Assembly: GCA_937936785.1 (NCBI GenBank)
Contig: CALDDQ010000011.1
Location: 18,251-82,250, forward strand
DNA length: 64,000 nucleotides
Direction of reading: 5' to 3'
Origin: an uncultured Endomicrobiia bacterium
GTDB taxonomy: Bacteria; Elusimicrobiota; Endomicrobiia; DTEH01
The notes below the pieces were generated by a model, which made no database searches, had not been told where the DNA came from, and worked only from the letters and a program-made list of their open reading frames with translations. A program made the translations under genes and the position numbers. Below, in pieces: positions 7,990-17,412 of the stretch (its first letter is position 1; every line of letters begins with the position of its first letter).

Positions 7990-9054
7990 TTACTCTCCAT
8001 AAACCCTGTTTCTACCCATATTTTTTGCTGTGTACAACATTTTATCTGCACGGTAAAGAAGTTGTTCCGTTGTTTCTTCAACTTTAAACTCAGCAACACC
8101 AAATGAACTTGTAACATTTATAACTTTGTCTAAAGATATAATTTTTCTTCCAGCAATGTTTTCTCTCAACCTTTCTGCAATAACTTTTGCCATTTTAAGA
8201 TTTGTATTTGGTAAAATAACACCAAACTCTTCTCCACCATACCGTCCTGCAATATCTGTTAATCGAATATTATCTTGTAAAATGTTTGCAACTTCTATTA
8301 AAACCAAATCTCCTACCTGATGACCGTAAGTGTCATTAACCTTTTTAAAATGGTCAATGTCAAACATTATCAATGAAAGTTTTGTAGAATATTTTCTTGC
8401 TAAAAAAATTTCTTCTTCTAAACGTTTGATAAAATAATTATGATTAAACAACTTCGTCATCGCATCATTTACTACTTTTTGATATGTTAAACAATTGTGT
8501 ATTGAGACAGAAACTTGTTCCATTACAAGTTTTAATATTACTTTTTCAGTATAACTTGATGGAAAACTATTTCTTACCGGATAATGAAGATTAATAACAC
8601 CATAATTAATGTCTTGATATTTTAATGGGATAACAACTAAACTTTCTTTTTTAACATTTTTATACCCTACTTCAAACATTTTATAGTATTGTGGTGACAT
8701 TGATACATCTCTAACAAAAGTCATTTTACCTTCTTTTAACGCTTGCCCAGCAATACCTTCACCAAGTTTTAATTTCAAACCACGAATTGCATATTTAGAA
8801 ATATTTTTTCCTACTTTAATACGTAAATTATTATTATCATCTAACATCATTATTGAACACCGTTTTGGATTTAACATTATCATTATTTTATCTACAACTA
8901 AAGGTAACACTTTGTCAATCTCTAAACTTGAGAATAAATCTGAAGTAAATTCTGTTACTATGGAAAGTTTTTTTAAGTTTAATGAACTTATATACGCATA
9001 AATTACTATTCCTAATATTACAACAAAAGTTGTTATCACGAGTAATATTATCAT
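7990..9054 (-). CDS. Membrane-anchored GAF-domain diguanylate cyclase (GGDEF)
   Basis: N-terminal TM helix (MIILLVITTFVVILGIVIYAYI), a GAF-like middle region, and a GGDEF domain with FDIDHFKKVNDTYGH. The active site is RYGGEEFGVILP, with an RxxD I-site (RLTD) five residues upstream. Confidence 0.88.
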   Translation of the reverse strand: MIILLVITTFVVILGIVIYAYISSLNLKKLSIVTEFTSDLFSSLEIDKVLPLVVDKIMIMLNPKRCSIMMLDDNNNLRIKVGKNISKYAIRGLKLKLGEGIAGQALKEGKMTFVRDVSMSPQYYKMFEVGYKNVKKESLVVIPLKYQDINYGVINLHYPVRNSFPSSYTEKVILKLVMEQVSVSIHNCLTYQKVVNDAMTKLFNHNYFIKRLEEEIFLARKYSTKLSLIMFDIDHFKKVNDTYGHQVGDLVLIEVANILQDNIRLTDIAGRYGGEEFGVILPNTNLKMAKVIAERLRENIAGRKIISLDKVINVTSSFGVAEFKVEETTEQLLYRADKMLYTAKNMGRNRVYGE

Positions 9055-9058
9055 TTAA

Positions 9059-9262
9059 TTATTTAATTAAGAAAAATAAAATTAACACTAACAAAATTAT
9101 AAATAAAAAATTTATTATTTTTCTTCTATTTTGAACTTTTGGATAAATACTTGTTTTTAAAACTACACTTTTTAACGAAATCAATCTTGAAAAACAAATT
9201 CTACAATATTTTGCTACTTCACGATTCTCTGTCCCACAAATTGGACATTTTTTAGATTTCAT
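9059..9262 (-). CDS. Zinc-ribbon domain membrane protein (small)
   Basis: 67 aa: a CPICGTENREVAKYCRIC zinc ribbon followed by a C-terminal TM helix (IINFLFIILLVLILFFLI). It lies 4 nt upstream of the cyclase gene. Confidence 0.55.
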   Translation of the reverse strand: MKSKKCPICGTENREVAKYCRICFSRLISLKSVVLKTSIYPKVQNRRKIINFLFIILLVLILFFLIK

Positions 9263-9277
9263 TTTTTTTTGTAAATT

Positions 9278-10537
9278 TTACCACGTCAATAAAAATCCTG
9301 CCACAGTAGCAGTCTGTAAACATGCGAGTGTTCCTGCTACTAACGCTTTTATACCTAACTTTGCTAAATCATGTTTTCTTTTTGGTGCTATCGAACCTAT
9401 ACCACCTATTTGTATACCTATAGATAAAAAGTTTGAAAATCCACACAACGCATATGACAATATTATTGCTGTCCTTTGTGAAAATATTTGTGGATTTTCT
9501 AAATATAATTTTGACATGTTCGCATACGCAACAAATTCGTTGAAAAAAGTTTTTTGACCGATAAACTGTCCTGCAATTGAAATATCTTTTAACTCTATCC
9601 CCATAATGAACGCTATAGGTGAAAATAGTAACCCAAATATTTTGTCAAAAGATAAACCTTTTGTAAATTCAAATGGTAACAAATTCCCTAAAAAACTTAA
9701 TAAAAAGTTTAACAAATATAATATCGCCATAAAACTTATCAACATAGCACCAACATTTAACGCTAACTGTAACCCTAAAGTTGTCCCATTAGCTATTGCA
9801 TCAATAACATTAACATCTTCAGATTCATACTTAACCTTTACATATCCTAAAGTTTTTGGTTCTTCAGTTTCTGGAATTAATAGTTTTGCAAATACTAACG
9901 CAGCAGGAGCTGACATTACAGACGCTGTCATTAAATGTCCTGCTATATCTAAAACATATTTGTTCAATAATCCAACATATGCAGCCATAACACCACCTGC
10001 AATTGTTGCCATACCACCAGTCATTACTGCTAAAAGTTCTGACCGCGTCATATCGTTTACATACGGTTTTATCATTAACGGTGCTTCCGTCTGGCCAACA
10101 AAAATGTTTGCAGAACAAGATAAACTTTCCGCCCCAGAAATGCCCATCAATTTTACCATCAGGTGAGCAAAAAGTTCTACCACTTTTTGCATTATACCAA
10201 AGTAATACAAAACTGACATAAAAGCAGAAAAAAATATTATTGTAGGTAAAACTTTAAATGCAAATATATAACCAAATTTGTCAGTATCACTTACCAGACC
10301 AGCAAAAATAAATTCTGCACCTTTATCAGAAAAGTTTACTATTGTAATAAATATTTTGTTAAAAATTTCAAAAAACCATCTTCCAGGAGGAGTTTTTAAC
10401 ACGAGAAAACCTAATAAAATCTGTAGTATTGTGCCCCAAAATATTGTCTTCCACAAAATTTTTTTTCTGTTTTCAGAAAAAAACCAACCTATCAAGATAA
10501 GTATTACTAAACCAGCAAAACTTATCAGATTATTCAT
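9278..10537 (-). CDS. NupC/CNT family concentrative nucleoside transporter
   Basis: 419-aa polytopic membrane protein with CNT-type blocks (GQTEAPLMIKPY, MTGGMATIAGGVMAAYVG, CGFSNF). Confidence 0.85.
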   Translation of the reverse strand: MNNLISFAGLVILILIGWFFSENRKKILWKTIFWGTILQILLGFLVLKTPPGRWFFEIFNKIFITIVNFSDKGAEFIFAGLVSDTDKFGYIFAFKVLPTIIFFSAFMSVLYYFGIMQKVVELFAHLMVKLMGISGAESLSCSANIFVGQTEAPLMIKPYVNDMTRSELLAVMTGGMATIAGGVMAAYVGLLNKYVLDIAGHLMTASVMSAPAALVFAKLLIPETEEPKTLGYVKVKYESEDVNVIDAIANGTTLGLQLALNVGAMLISFMAILYLLNFLLSFLGNLLPFEFTKGLSFDKIFGLLFSPIAFIMGIELKDISIAGQFIGQKTFFNEFVAYANMSKLYLENPQIFSQRTAIILSYALCGFSNFLSIGIQIGGIGSIAPKRKHDLAKLGIKALVAGTLACLQTATVAGFLLTW

Positions 10538-10575
10538 TTATTATTTTCTCTATAAAAACATAAAAAAATCTAAAA

Positions 10576-10661
10576 TGCCACGAGAGGGAATTGAACCCTC
10601 ACATCCGCCAGGGGACCCGGGATTTTAAGTCCCGTGCGTCTGCCAGTTCCGCCATCGTGGC
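10576..10661 (-). tRNA. tRNA-Leu (anticodon UAA), type II with long variable arm; no encoded CCA
   Basis: The reverse complement reads GCCACGATGGCGGAACTGGCAGACGCACGGGACTTAAAATCCCGGGTCCCCTGGCGGATGTGAGGGTTCAATTCCCTCTCGTGGCA. The acceptor stem is GCCACGA/TCGTGGC, the anticodon loop is CTTAAAA (TAA), the variable arm is long, and the T-arm is GAGGG-TTCAATT-CCCTC. It stands out as a GC-rich island in AT-rich DNA. Confidence 0.93.
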
Positions 10662-10679
10662 ATTTTTGTGTTCTTATTG

Positions 10680-10706
10680 ATTATAAAATATCATTTTGTG
10701 TGTCAA
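10680..10706 (-). promoter_or_regulatory. Putative sigma70-type promoter for tRNA-Leu (TTGACA-N15-TATAAT)
   Basis: On the minus strand, TTGACA is at 10706-10701 and TATAAT at 10685-10680, 18 nt before the mature tRNA 5' end. The hexamers are consensus but the 15-nt spacer is short. Confidence 0.45.
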
Positions 10707-10746
10707 TAGTTATTTTTTAATTAAAAAATTGTTTAAAAAACATCCT

Positions 10747-11532
10747 TTAGTTTGTTTGAAAATTGTTTTGTATAAAACAAACTTTTAAAATTTTTTTAAA
10801 TTCTTGGTAGGAAATTATATTCTTTTTAAAACAAAAAACTATTATTCCACATATAACTATGTTTTTTACTAAAAAAATTTTATTTTTCATTTTTTCTTTC
10901 TCAATCAGAGAACTAATTTTTTTTCTATCTCCACCACTGATTAATACAACATTCGGATTTAAATAATTTATAAAATTAAGAATTCCTTGTTTGTAAAAAT
11001 TGTTTATCCCAGATAAAATACAACTTTCTGTATCTTGACCACATATAATATTTAGCTTTTTATATTTTACTAATGGTAGTTTAGAAGCATTATTTTTTAG
11101 TGTTATTAAAGATAAATTTATCCCGGGAAAAATTTCACCACCAGAATATACTCCATTTTTGTTCAAATAATCTAATGTTAAACATGTTCCACAAGATATA
11201 ATCACAACATTTTTTTTAAAAAAATTTTTTGCTGCAAAAATTCCTAAAATCCTATCTGAACCAAGATTTTTAATATCATAATTTATTTTTATATATTTAG
11301 TTATATTTTTAAATGACAAAAATCTTATATTTTTATTTTTTGAATATCTTTTTTCAATTTTGTTCACTACACAAGAAATAAAAAATTGTGCATTAAAATA
11401 TTTTTTATATAAGTGTTTAAAATTTTTAGTATGAATTTTGTTATACTTTATATCACCATCATAAACTATATAATCAACAAAAGTATTACCTATGTCAGCA
11501 AATATTATTGTATTATTATTTTTAATTTTCAT
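10747..11532 (-). CDS. coaX: Type III pantothenate kinase
   Basis: 261 aa with IFADIGNT (DxGNT), GSDRILG and ISCGTCLTLD motifs of the CoaX/ASKHA fold. Confidence 0.85.
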   Translation of the reverse strand: MKIKNNNTIIFADIGNTFVDYIVYDGDIKYNKIHTKNFKHLYKKYFNAQFFISCVVNKIEKRYSKNKNIRFLSFKNITKYIKINYDIKNLGSDRILGIFAAKNFFKKNVVIISCGTCLTLDYLNKNGVYSGGEIFPGINLSLITLKNNASKLPLVKYKKLNIICGQDTESCILSGINNFYKQGILNFINYLNPNVVLISGGDRKKISSLIEKEKMKNKIFLVKNIVICGIIVFCFKKNIISYQEFKKILKVCFIQNNFQTN

Positions 11533-11556
11533 ACTGTTTACTGATTATAATTTATT

Positions 11557-13695
11557 TTATCCTACCTTACCTAATTGGATAAATTCTTTATTTCTAACTT
11601 CTAAATTGTTCATTAACAAATTTATTTCTTCAAAAGAAAATTTTTCTTCTAACACAATATTTTTAGCATATTCCTTTGCTTTAGATAATATATCACTGTA
11701 TTTTAATACATCAGAATAATCAATTTCACTTTTTCCATGTTGAGAATAACCAAATATTTCTCCCGGGCCACGTATCTCAATATCTTTTTGTGCAATTTTA
11801 AATCCGTCATTTGTCTCTAACATAACATCTACTCTTTTTTTTGCTTCTTCAGTAGTTATATTACCAACTAAAATACAATACGACTGTTTATCTGCTCTAC
11901 CAACACGACCACGTAACTGATGTAATGTTGACAAACCAAACCGTTCCACATGGTTTATAAACATAACTGTTGCATCCGGAATATCTATTCCAACTTCTAT
12001 AACAGTTGTAGAAAATAAAATTTTATATTCACCTGATTTAAATCTTAACATCTGTAACTGTTTTTCCTGAGTTGTCATTTTACCATGTAAAATACCACAA
12101 GGATAATTTTTAAATATTGTAGTAGACAATTTTTTATACTCTTCAATCAAAGATTTTAACTCTAACTTATTTTCTTCAATCGTAGGGTATACAAAATATA
12201 TCTTTTCTCCAAAAGACAACCGTTCAAGTATAAATTCATATGCCACAGTTTCGTCTTGATAGAATCTTGTCTCTACTGTTTTTCTACCTGGAGGTAGTTC
12301 GTCTAAAATTGAAATATCTAACTCACCATATAAAGTCATAGCTAAACTCCTCGGTATTGGTGTTGCTGTCATTATTAAAACATCTGCTAGAAGCGATTTG
12401 TCATACAACTTTTTTCTTTGTAAAACACCAAACTTATGCTGTTCATCTATAACAATAAGTGATAAATTTTTAAATTCAACTTTTTCTTCTAATAATGAAT
12501 GTGTTCCTATTAACAAATCTATTTCACCATTATTTAGTTGTCTTAATATCAAATCTTTTTCTTTTTTTGGTGTTTTGCCTAAATATAAAAAAATTTTTAT
12601 GTTTTTGCCAGTGATAGGATTAAGTAATCCATCAAAATATGTCATTAAATTAAAATAATGTTGTTGCGCTAAAATTTCTGTCGGTGACATAAACACGCTC
12701 TGGTACCCATTTTCTATTGCTAACAAAATACATGATACCGCAACTAAAGTCTTTCCACTACCTACATCTCCAATTAAAATTCTGTTCATTGCAGTTTTTG
12801 ACATCATATCATTAAACAAATCTTTAATAACTCTTTTCTGGGATGAGGTAAAATCAAAATTATTTATTGTAGAAGATAACTTGTGTTTAAAAGGTGTAAG
12901 CAAAAATTTTTTTAACTGATATTTTCCTACTTTTTCTTTGTTCATAAGTTGTTTTTTTAATTTTTGTACTTGTATCTGTAAAAATAAAAATTTGTCAAAC
13001 ATTAACCTTTTTTTTGATTCGTTATATAACTGCCACGAATCTGGGAAATGAACATTTTTTATAGCAGAGTTTAACTCTAAAAATTTTTCTTTCTCAATCA
13101 CGAATTTTGGCAGATGTTCATTAAAATTTATTTTCTTTATTGTATTATAAACCAACTCTCTAAACCACTGTTGTTTTAAATTTGTATTTAAAGAATATAT
13201 CGGCACTAACCTTTTTGTGTGAATAGTTTCTTCTTCTAAACTTTTTAATAATTCATAATCTTCAACCAATACCTCAGGAATACGTTTTATCTGACCAGAA
13301 ATTTTACCATATGCTATAATATATTTATTCAAATACTCTTGTCCGATATGTTTCTTAAGAGTTGTAAATACATCAAATTTTTTGTTTATTTTTTTGAACC
13401 AAATAAGATTTAATAATGGAAACTTCTTTATATCTGTCTCTATTGTAACTTTAAAAATACCAAACTTGTTTTTTGTATATACAATCTCATAAGTAACTAT
13501 TTTTCCAACAACGGTAATTTTTTGAGATAATGTTATGTTGTTTTCAAATAAAGATAATTTTCTTCTATCTTGTATATATCTAGGAAAGTAATATATCAAA
13601 TCTTTTACACAATAAATACCTATCTTGTTTAAAAATTTTTCTCTACGAAGACCTACAGTTTTTAAATATTTTATTGAATCTGAAAGTTTTATCAT
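11557..13695 (-). CDS. recG: ATP-dependent DNA helicase RecG
   Basis: 712 aa with Walker A GDVGSGKT, DEQHKFGV, MTATPIPRSLA and LRGRVGR, plus a wedge-type N-terminal domain. Confidence 0.93.
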   Translation of the reverse strand: MIKLSDSIKYLKTVGLRREKFLNKIGIYCVKDLIYYFPRYIQDRRKLSLFENNITLSQKITVVGKIVTYEIVYTKNKFGIFKVTIETDIKKFPLLNLIWFKKINKKFDVFTTLKKHIGQEYLNKYIIAYGKISGQIKRIPEVLVEDYELLKSLEEETIHTKRLVPIYSLNTNLKQQWFRELVYNTIKKINFNEHLPKFVIEKEKFLELNSAIKNVHFPDSWQLYNESKKRLMFDKFLFLQIQVQKLKKQLMNKEKVGKYQLKKFLLTPFKHKLSSTINNFDFTSSQKRVIKDLFNDMMSKTAMNRILIGDVGSGKTLVAVSCILLAIENGYQSVFMSPTEILAQQHYFNLMTYFDGLLNPITGKNIKIFLYLGKTPKKEKDLILRQLNNGEIDLLIGTHSLLEEKVEFKNLSLIVIDEQHKFGVLQRKKLYDKSLLADVLIMTATPIPRSLAMTLYGELDISILDELPPGRKTVETRFYQDETVAYEFILERLSFGEKIYFVYPTIEENKLELKSLIEEYKKLSTTIFKNYPCGILHGKMTTQEKQLQMLRFKSGEYKILFSTTVIEVGIDIPDATVMFINHVERFGLSTLHQLRGRVGRADKQSYCILVGNITTEEAKKRVDVMLETNDGFKIAQKDIEIRGPGEIFGYSQHGKSEIDYSDVLKYSDILSKAKEYAKNIVLEEKFSFEEINLLMNNLEVRNKEFIQLGKVG

Positions 13696-13805
13696 ATTTT
13701 ATTTTTATATAAAATTTTGTCTAATATTTACAGCATATCTTGAATTTTATATTTAAAGAATATATATTTTACATTAGAGAAATTAATTTAATTGAGGTAT
13801 TTGTT

Positions 13806-14006
13806 ATGAAAAAAAGTTGTAATTTAAAAAAAATTGTGTCCAAAATTAAAAATTTGTCAAAACCAGAAAAAAAAGTCTTAGTTGAACGAAGAAAAGCTGA
13901 CAGAAGAAAATCTGACAGAAGATGGATTGGCAAACTTTATAACGATCCTAACCAAAACATTCATCGTTCACAAGATCGTAGAATAGGTGAAAGAAGAAAA
14001 TCGTAG
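13806..14006 (+). CDS. Small highly basic protein with (D/E)RR repeats, function unknown
   Basis: The track ORF starts at TTG 13740. The ATG at 13806 is preceded by GAGG (ttGAGGtatttgttATG). The product is MKKSCNLKKIVSKIKNLSKPEKKVLVERRKADRRKSDRRWIGKLYNDPNQNIHRSQDRRIGERRKS (66 aa). Confidence 0.5.
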   Translation: MKKSCNLKKIVSKIKNLSKPEKKVLVERRKADRRKSDRRWIGKLYNDPNQNIHRSQDRRIGERRKS

Positions 14007-14016
14007 TTGAAATATA

Positions 14017-14805
14017 CTATTTTTTACTTTGAATTTTTTTTAACCTTTCTTTTAAATTCTTAGCATATTCACTAATAGCATCTACATATGACCATTGTCT
14101 GTTATATGCAAAAATAGCTTTCCGTTTACTTTCTTCTGTCTTTCCAAAACCACATTTATGCAAATAATTACCAACAAACCCTATTGCATCAGCTACACTC
14201 ATTGGATCTATAACTCCATCATTGTCAAAATCTACTCCAAAATTTTTATATGAAGACGGTAACGATTGTGCAATACCAAATGCACCTGCATAACTGCCTG
14301 AAATAGCAAATATATCATCATATAACTTTCCTTCTAAATCTATAAAATGTTTAATTTCGTTTAAAACCCATTTCCTGTTGTTAACATACATAGAAACTAG
14401 CGCATTTATAACTTTCCATTTTCCTACTTTCCTACCAAAATTACTCTCTATCTGTAGTATTGCAACAATATATTCTTTATCTACCTTAAACTGTTTTTCT
14501 GCTTTTATTAAAAAGTTTTTGTTTTCCTCAATAAAATTTAACGATTGTTCAAAAGATTTTTCAGTAAAAATTCCCATAAACGGTGAAAAATAGTTCGCTT
14601 TATTCATAGTTTTAATTTGAATTGGTGTCTCTTTATAAACTTTAAACCTTTTATCTGAAAAGAATTTTATTGAATAACCTGCTTCATGCAATTTTTCTTG
14701 CAGTTCTTTAATTTTTTCTTCTATGTACAAATCTGTCTCTCCAGCAGTAAGAATTGAATTACCATTTACAAAAAAGAATAATATTAAAAAAACTATAAAT
14801 TTCAT
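14017..14805 (-). CDS. Lytic murein transglycosylase (MltB/SLT_2-like)
   Basis: Signal peptide, then the catalytic region IVAILQIESNFGR and GAFGIAQSLPSSYKNFGVDFDNDG, typical of MltB-like enzymes. Confidence 0.8.
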   Translation of the reverse strand: MKFIVFLILFFFVNGNSILTAGETDLYIEEKIKELQEKLHEAGYSIKFFSDKRFKVYKETPIQIKTMNKANYFSPFMGIFTEKSFEQSLNFIEENKNFLIKAEKQFKVDKEYIVAILQIESNFGRKVGKWKVINALVSMYVNNRKWVLNEIKHFIDLEGKLYDDIFAISGSYAGAFGIAQSLPSSYKNFGVDFDNDGVIDPMSVADAIGFVGNYLHKCGFGKTEESKRKAIFAYNRQWSYVDAISEYAKNLKERLKKIQSKK

Positions 14806-14827
14806 TTTTAAAAGTGAAATTTGTTAT

Positions 14828-15049
14828 TTATTTTTGTTTTATTTTTGGTTTTAATTTATTAACACTTTTTGTTTTATTATTTCTTATATTAGTCTTTTTG
14901 TTTCTTTGTAAATAAATATTTTTTCTTTGGAAAGTATAGAATTTACTATTTTTAACATTTTTACTTTTGTTTACTTTAGCAAAAATAAAATTATTTGTCC
15001 CAAAAAATATAAACATAATTGATAAAATAACAACATATATTTTCTTCAT
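14828..15049 (-). CDS. Small secreted Lys/Asn-rich protein, function unknown
   Basis: 73 aa: the signal peptide MKKIYVVILSIMFIFFGTNNFIFA, then a low-complexity basic tail. It could be a composition artefact, but it fills an otherwise empty gap in a compact operon. Confidence 0.4.
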   Translation of the reverse strand: MKKIYVVILSIMFIFFGTNNFIFAKVNKSKNVKNSKFYTFQRKNIYLQRNKKTNIRNNKTKSVNKLKPKIKQK

Positions 15050-15076
15050 AATTTTACCTCCAATTATTATTTTTAA

Positions 15077-16687
15077 TCATTTTAAAGATATTTTAAATTT
15101 TTTTGCAACTTTTACCAAATTATAAAATATTGGATGAGGAACTTCAAATCTTGATCTAAATTCTGGATGAAACTGTACTGCTATAAAAAAAGGATGGTCA
15201 TATCTTGATGACAACTCAACAATTTCTGCCAGATTACCAAAAGGATGTCTGCCACTTACTAGTAAACCATTCTTTTCTATTATAGGTATAAATTTATGAT
15301 TAACTTCATATCTATGCCTATGTCGTTCATAAATTTTATTTGTACGATATATTTTATTAGCTAAAGTTCCTTTTTTAATTTTGCACAAATACATTCCTAA
15401 TCGCATTGTTCCACCTTTATATTTTACCATTTTTTGGTCTTCCATTAAATCTATTACAGGATACTGTGTTCTTGAGTCAAATTCAGTAGAGTTGGCTCCT
15501 TTTAGTCTACAAACATTTCTTGCAAACTCTATTACTGCACACTGCATACCTAAACATATCCCTAAAAAAGGAACTTTATTTTCTCGGGCATATTTTATAA
15601 TATCAATTTTACCTTCAACACCACGTTCTCCAAAACCACCAGGAACAATTATTCCACTAACATCTTTTAATTTTTCATAAAAATCTTTTTCTTCAACATT
15701 GACATACCTTATATTTACACCAACTTCATTATGGATACCAGCATGTATCAATGCTTCTAAAATACTTTTGTAAGCATCTTTTAACTGAGTGTATTTGCCA
15801 GCAATTGCAATAGTTATCTTATTTTCCATAGTTTCAAACTTTTCTACCAACTTTGCCCAGTTAGAAATATCACATTTGCGCTGTTTTAACTTAAGTTTTC
15901 GTAGTAAAATTTTATCTAGATTTTGTTCTTTTAGTATTAGGGGAACTTTATATACACAATCTCCAACATCAGGTTCCAAAATTACAGAATCCACCTCTAC
16001 ATTACAAAATAACGAAATTTTTTCTTTTACTTCACGACCAACATTTTTTTCTGTCCTGCAAACTATTATGTCTGGTTCTATCCCTATTTCTCTAAGTTTC
16101 ATTACACTGTGTTGTGTAGGTTTTGTTTTTATTTCTTCTGCAGCTTTTATATAAGGTAAAAGTGTAATATGGATATAAGCAACGTTTTCTTTTCCAACAT
16201 CTAACCTTATTTGTCTAATAGCTTCCAAAAATGGTAAACTTTCAATATCTCCTATAGTTCCACCAATCTCTGTAATTACAATATCTTTTTTACGAGATAT
16301 TTTAAACACAGATTTTTTAATTTCATTTGTTACATGAGGAACAACTTGCACCGTTTTACCTAAATATTCACCATACCGTTCTTTGTATAAAACAGATTCA
16401 TAAATTTTCCCTTGAGTAATATTATTTTTTTTTGACATATTTTGGTTTAAATACCGTTCATAATGACCTAAATCTAAATCTGTCTCAGAACCATCATCAG
16501 TAACAAAAACTTCTCCATGCTGATATGGGTTCATTGTCCCAGGATCAACATTTAAATACGGGTCAAATTTTAATACATCAACTTTGTACTTGTGTGCTTT
16601 TAACAACACACCTAAAGAAGCCGTAGTAATTCCCTTTCCTAAAGATGATACTACTCCTCCTGTAATAAAAACAAATTTTGTTTTCAT
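15077..16687 (-). CDS. pyrG: CTP synthase
   Basis: 536 aa starting MKTKFVFITGGVVSSLGKG, with the glutaminase motif GICLGMQ and HPEF near the C-terminus. Confidence 0.96.
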   Translation of the reverse strand: MKTKFVFITGGVVSSLGKGITTASLGVLLKAHKYKVDVLKFDPYLNVDPGTMNPYQHGEVFVTDDGSETDLDLGHYERYLNQNMSKKNNITQGKIYESVLYKERYGEYLGKTVQVVPHVTNEIKKSVFKISRKKDIVITEIGGTIGDIESLPFLEAIRQIRLDVGKENVAYIHITLLPYIKAAEEIKTKPTQHSVMKLREIGIEPDIIVCRTEKNVGREVKEKISLFCNVEVDSVILEPDVGDCVYKVPLILKEQNLDKILLRKLKLKQRKCDISNWAKLVEKFETMENKITIAIAGKYTQLKDAYKSILEALIHAGIHNEVGVNIRYVNVEEKDFYEKLKDVSGIIVPGGFGERGVEGKIDIIKYARENKVPFLGICLGMQCAVIEFARNVCRLKGANSTEFDSRTQYPVIDLMEDQKMVKYKGGTMRLGMYLCKIKKGTLANKIYRTNKIYERHRHRYEVNHKFIPIIEKNGLLVSGRHPFGNLAEIVELSSRYDHPFFIAVQFHPEFRSRFEVPHPIFYNLVKVAKKFKISLK

Positions 16688-17409
16688 ACCTTTTTCTCCA
16701 ATATTTTTGGATTTATCTCATACCCATTATTTAATAATTTACTTTTAAAAAATATTTTTTGTCCTTTTATAAATAATTTTTTTGTCTCTAACAATTCTAA
16801 AGTTTTTTTAATTAATGGAATTTCATATTTCAATCCTTTTTCCCTTATTTTGTTAAAATCAAATTTTTTTATATTAAACTTTGTATAACACAAAACTGGA
16901 CCACGATCTATTTCTTTTGTAACTAAATGTATCATTACACCATGTTCTGAATATTTTTTAAAAATTATTTCTTTTATTACTTCATCCCACTTACCTTTCG
17001 GACCCCAGGGTAATGCTGGATGTAAATTTATAAATTTCATTTTTTTACACATATCTTCACTCAAAATTAACATATATCCAGCAAGCAAAATTATGTCTAC
17101 ATCAAAATCTTTAATTAATTTATAAACTTCCTCATAATATTTTTTCCGCCAAGTATTTATATTTTCTTGTCTTAATTTTGGCAAGTATCTTTTAGAAGAA
17201 AATGTTACTAAAGAAATTTTTTTGTTTAATACATAACGTATAAATTTATCTGAATTATCTGATTCACCTAATGCTCGGTTTATAAAAACAAACTTAAGTT
17301 CTATATTTAACTCTTTATTTTTTATTGCAGTATATATGTTTTTAAATATTTTGATAGATGTTTTACCTTTGGAAGTTGAAAACCAACCAAGTTTTAGTTT
17401 AGAAATCAT
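16684..17409 (-). CDS. purN: Formyltransferase-fold protein, probable phosphoribosylglycinamide formyltransferase
   Basis: INLHPALP and HLVTKEIDRGPVL formyltransferase motifs. It lies between purM and pyrG with a 4-nt overlap. At 241 aa it is longer than classic PurN, so the assignment leans on context. Confidence 0.65.
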   Translation of the reverse strand: MISKLKLGWFSTSKGKTSIKIFKNIYTAIKNKELNIELKFVFINRALGESDNSDKFIRYVLNKKISLVTFSSKRYLPKLRQENINTWRKKYYEEVYKLIKDFDVDIILLAGYMLILSEDMCKKMKFINLHPALPWGPKGKWDEVIKEIIFKKYSEHGVMIHLVTKEIDRGPVLCYTKFNIKKFDFNKIREKGLKYEIPLIKKTLELLETKKLFIKGQKIFFKSKLLNNGYEINPKILEKKV

Positions 17410-17412
17410 AAT

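Noticed and set aside
9606-10166. A long plus-strand ORF (186 aa) in the track opposite the nucleoside transporter gene. Similar antisense ORFs occur elsewhere, for example 6579-6881, 7485-7820, 15789-16154, 23023-23349, 30926-31243, 34297-34662 and 62843-63199.
   Set aside because: Each lies entirely inside a well-supported minus-strand gene with clear family motifs. Their translations are low-complexity, with no recognisable domains. They are typical shadow ORFs of AT-rich coding DNA.
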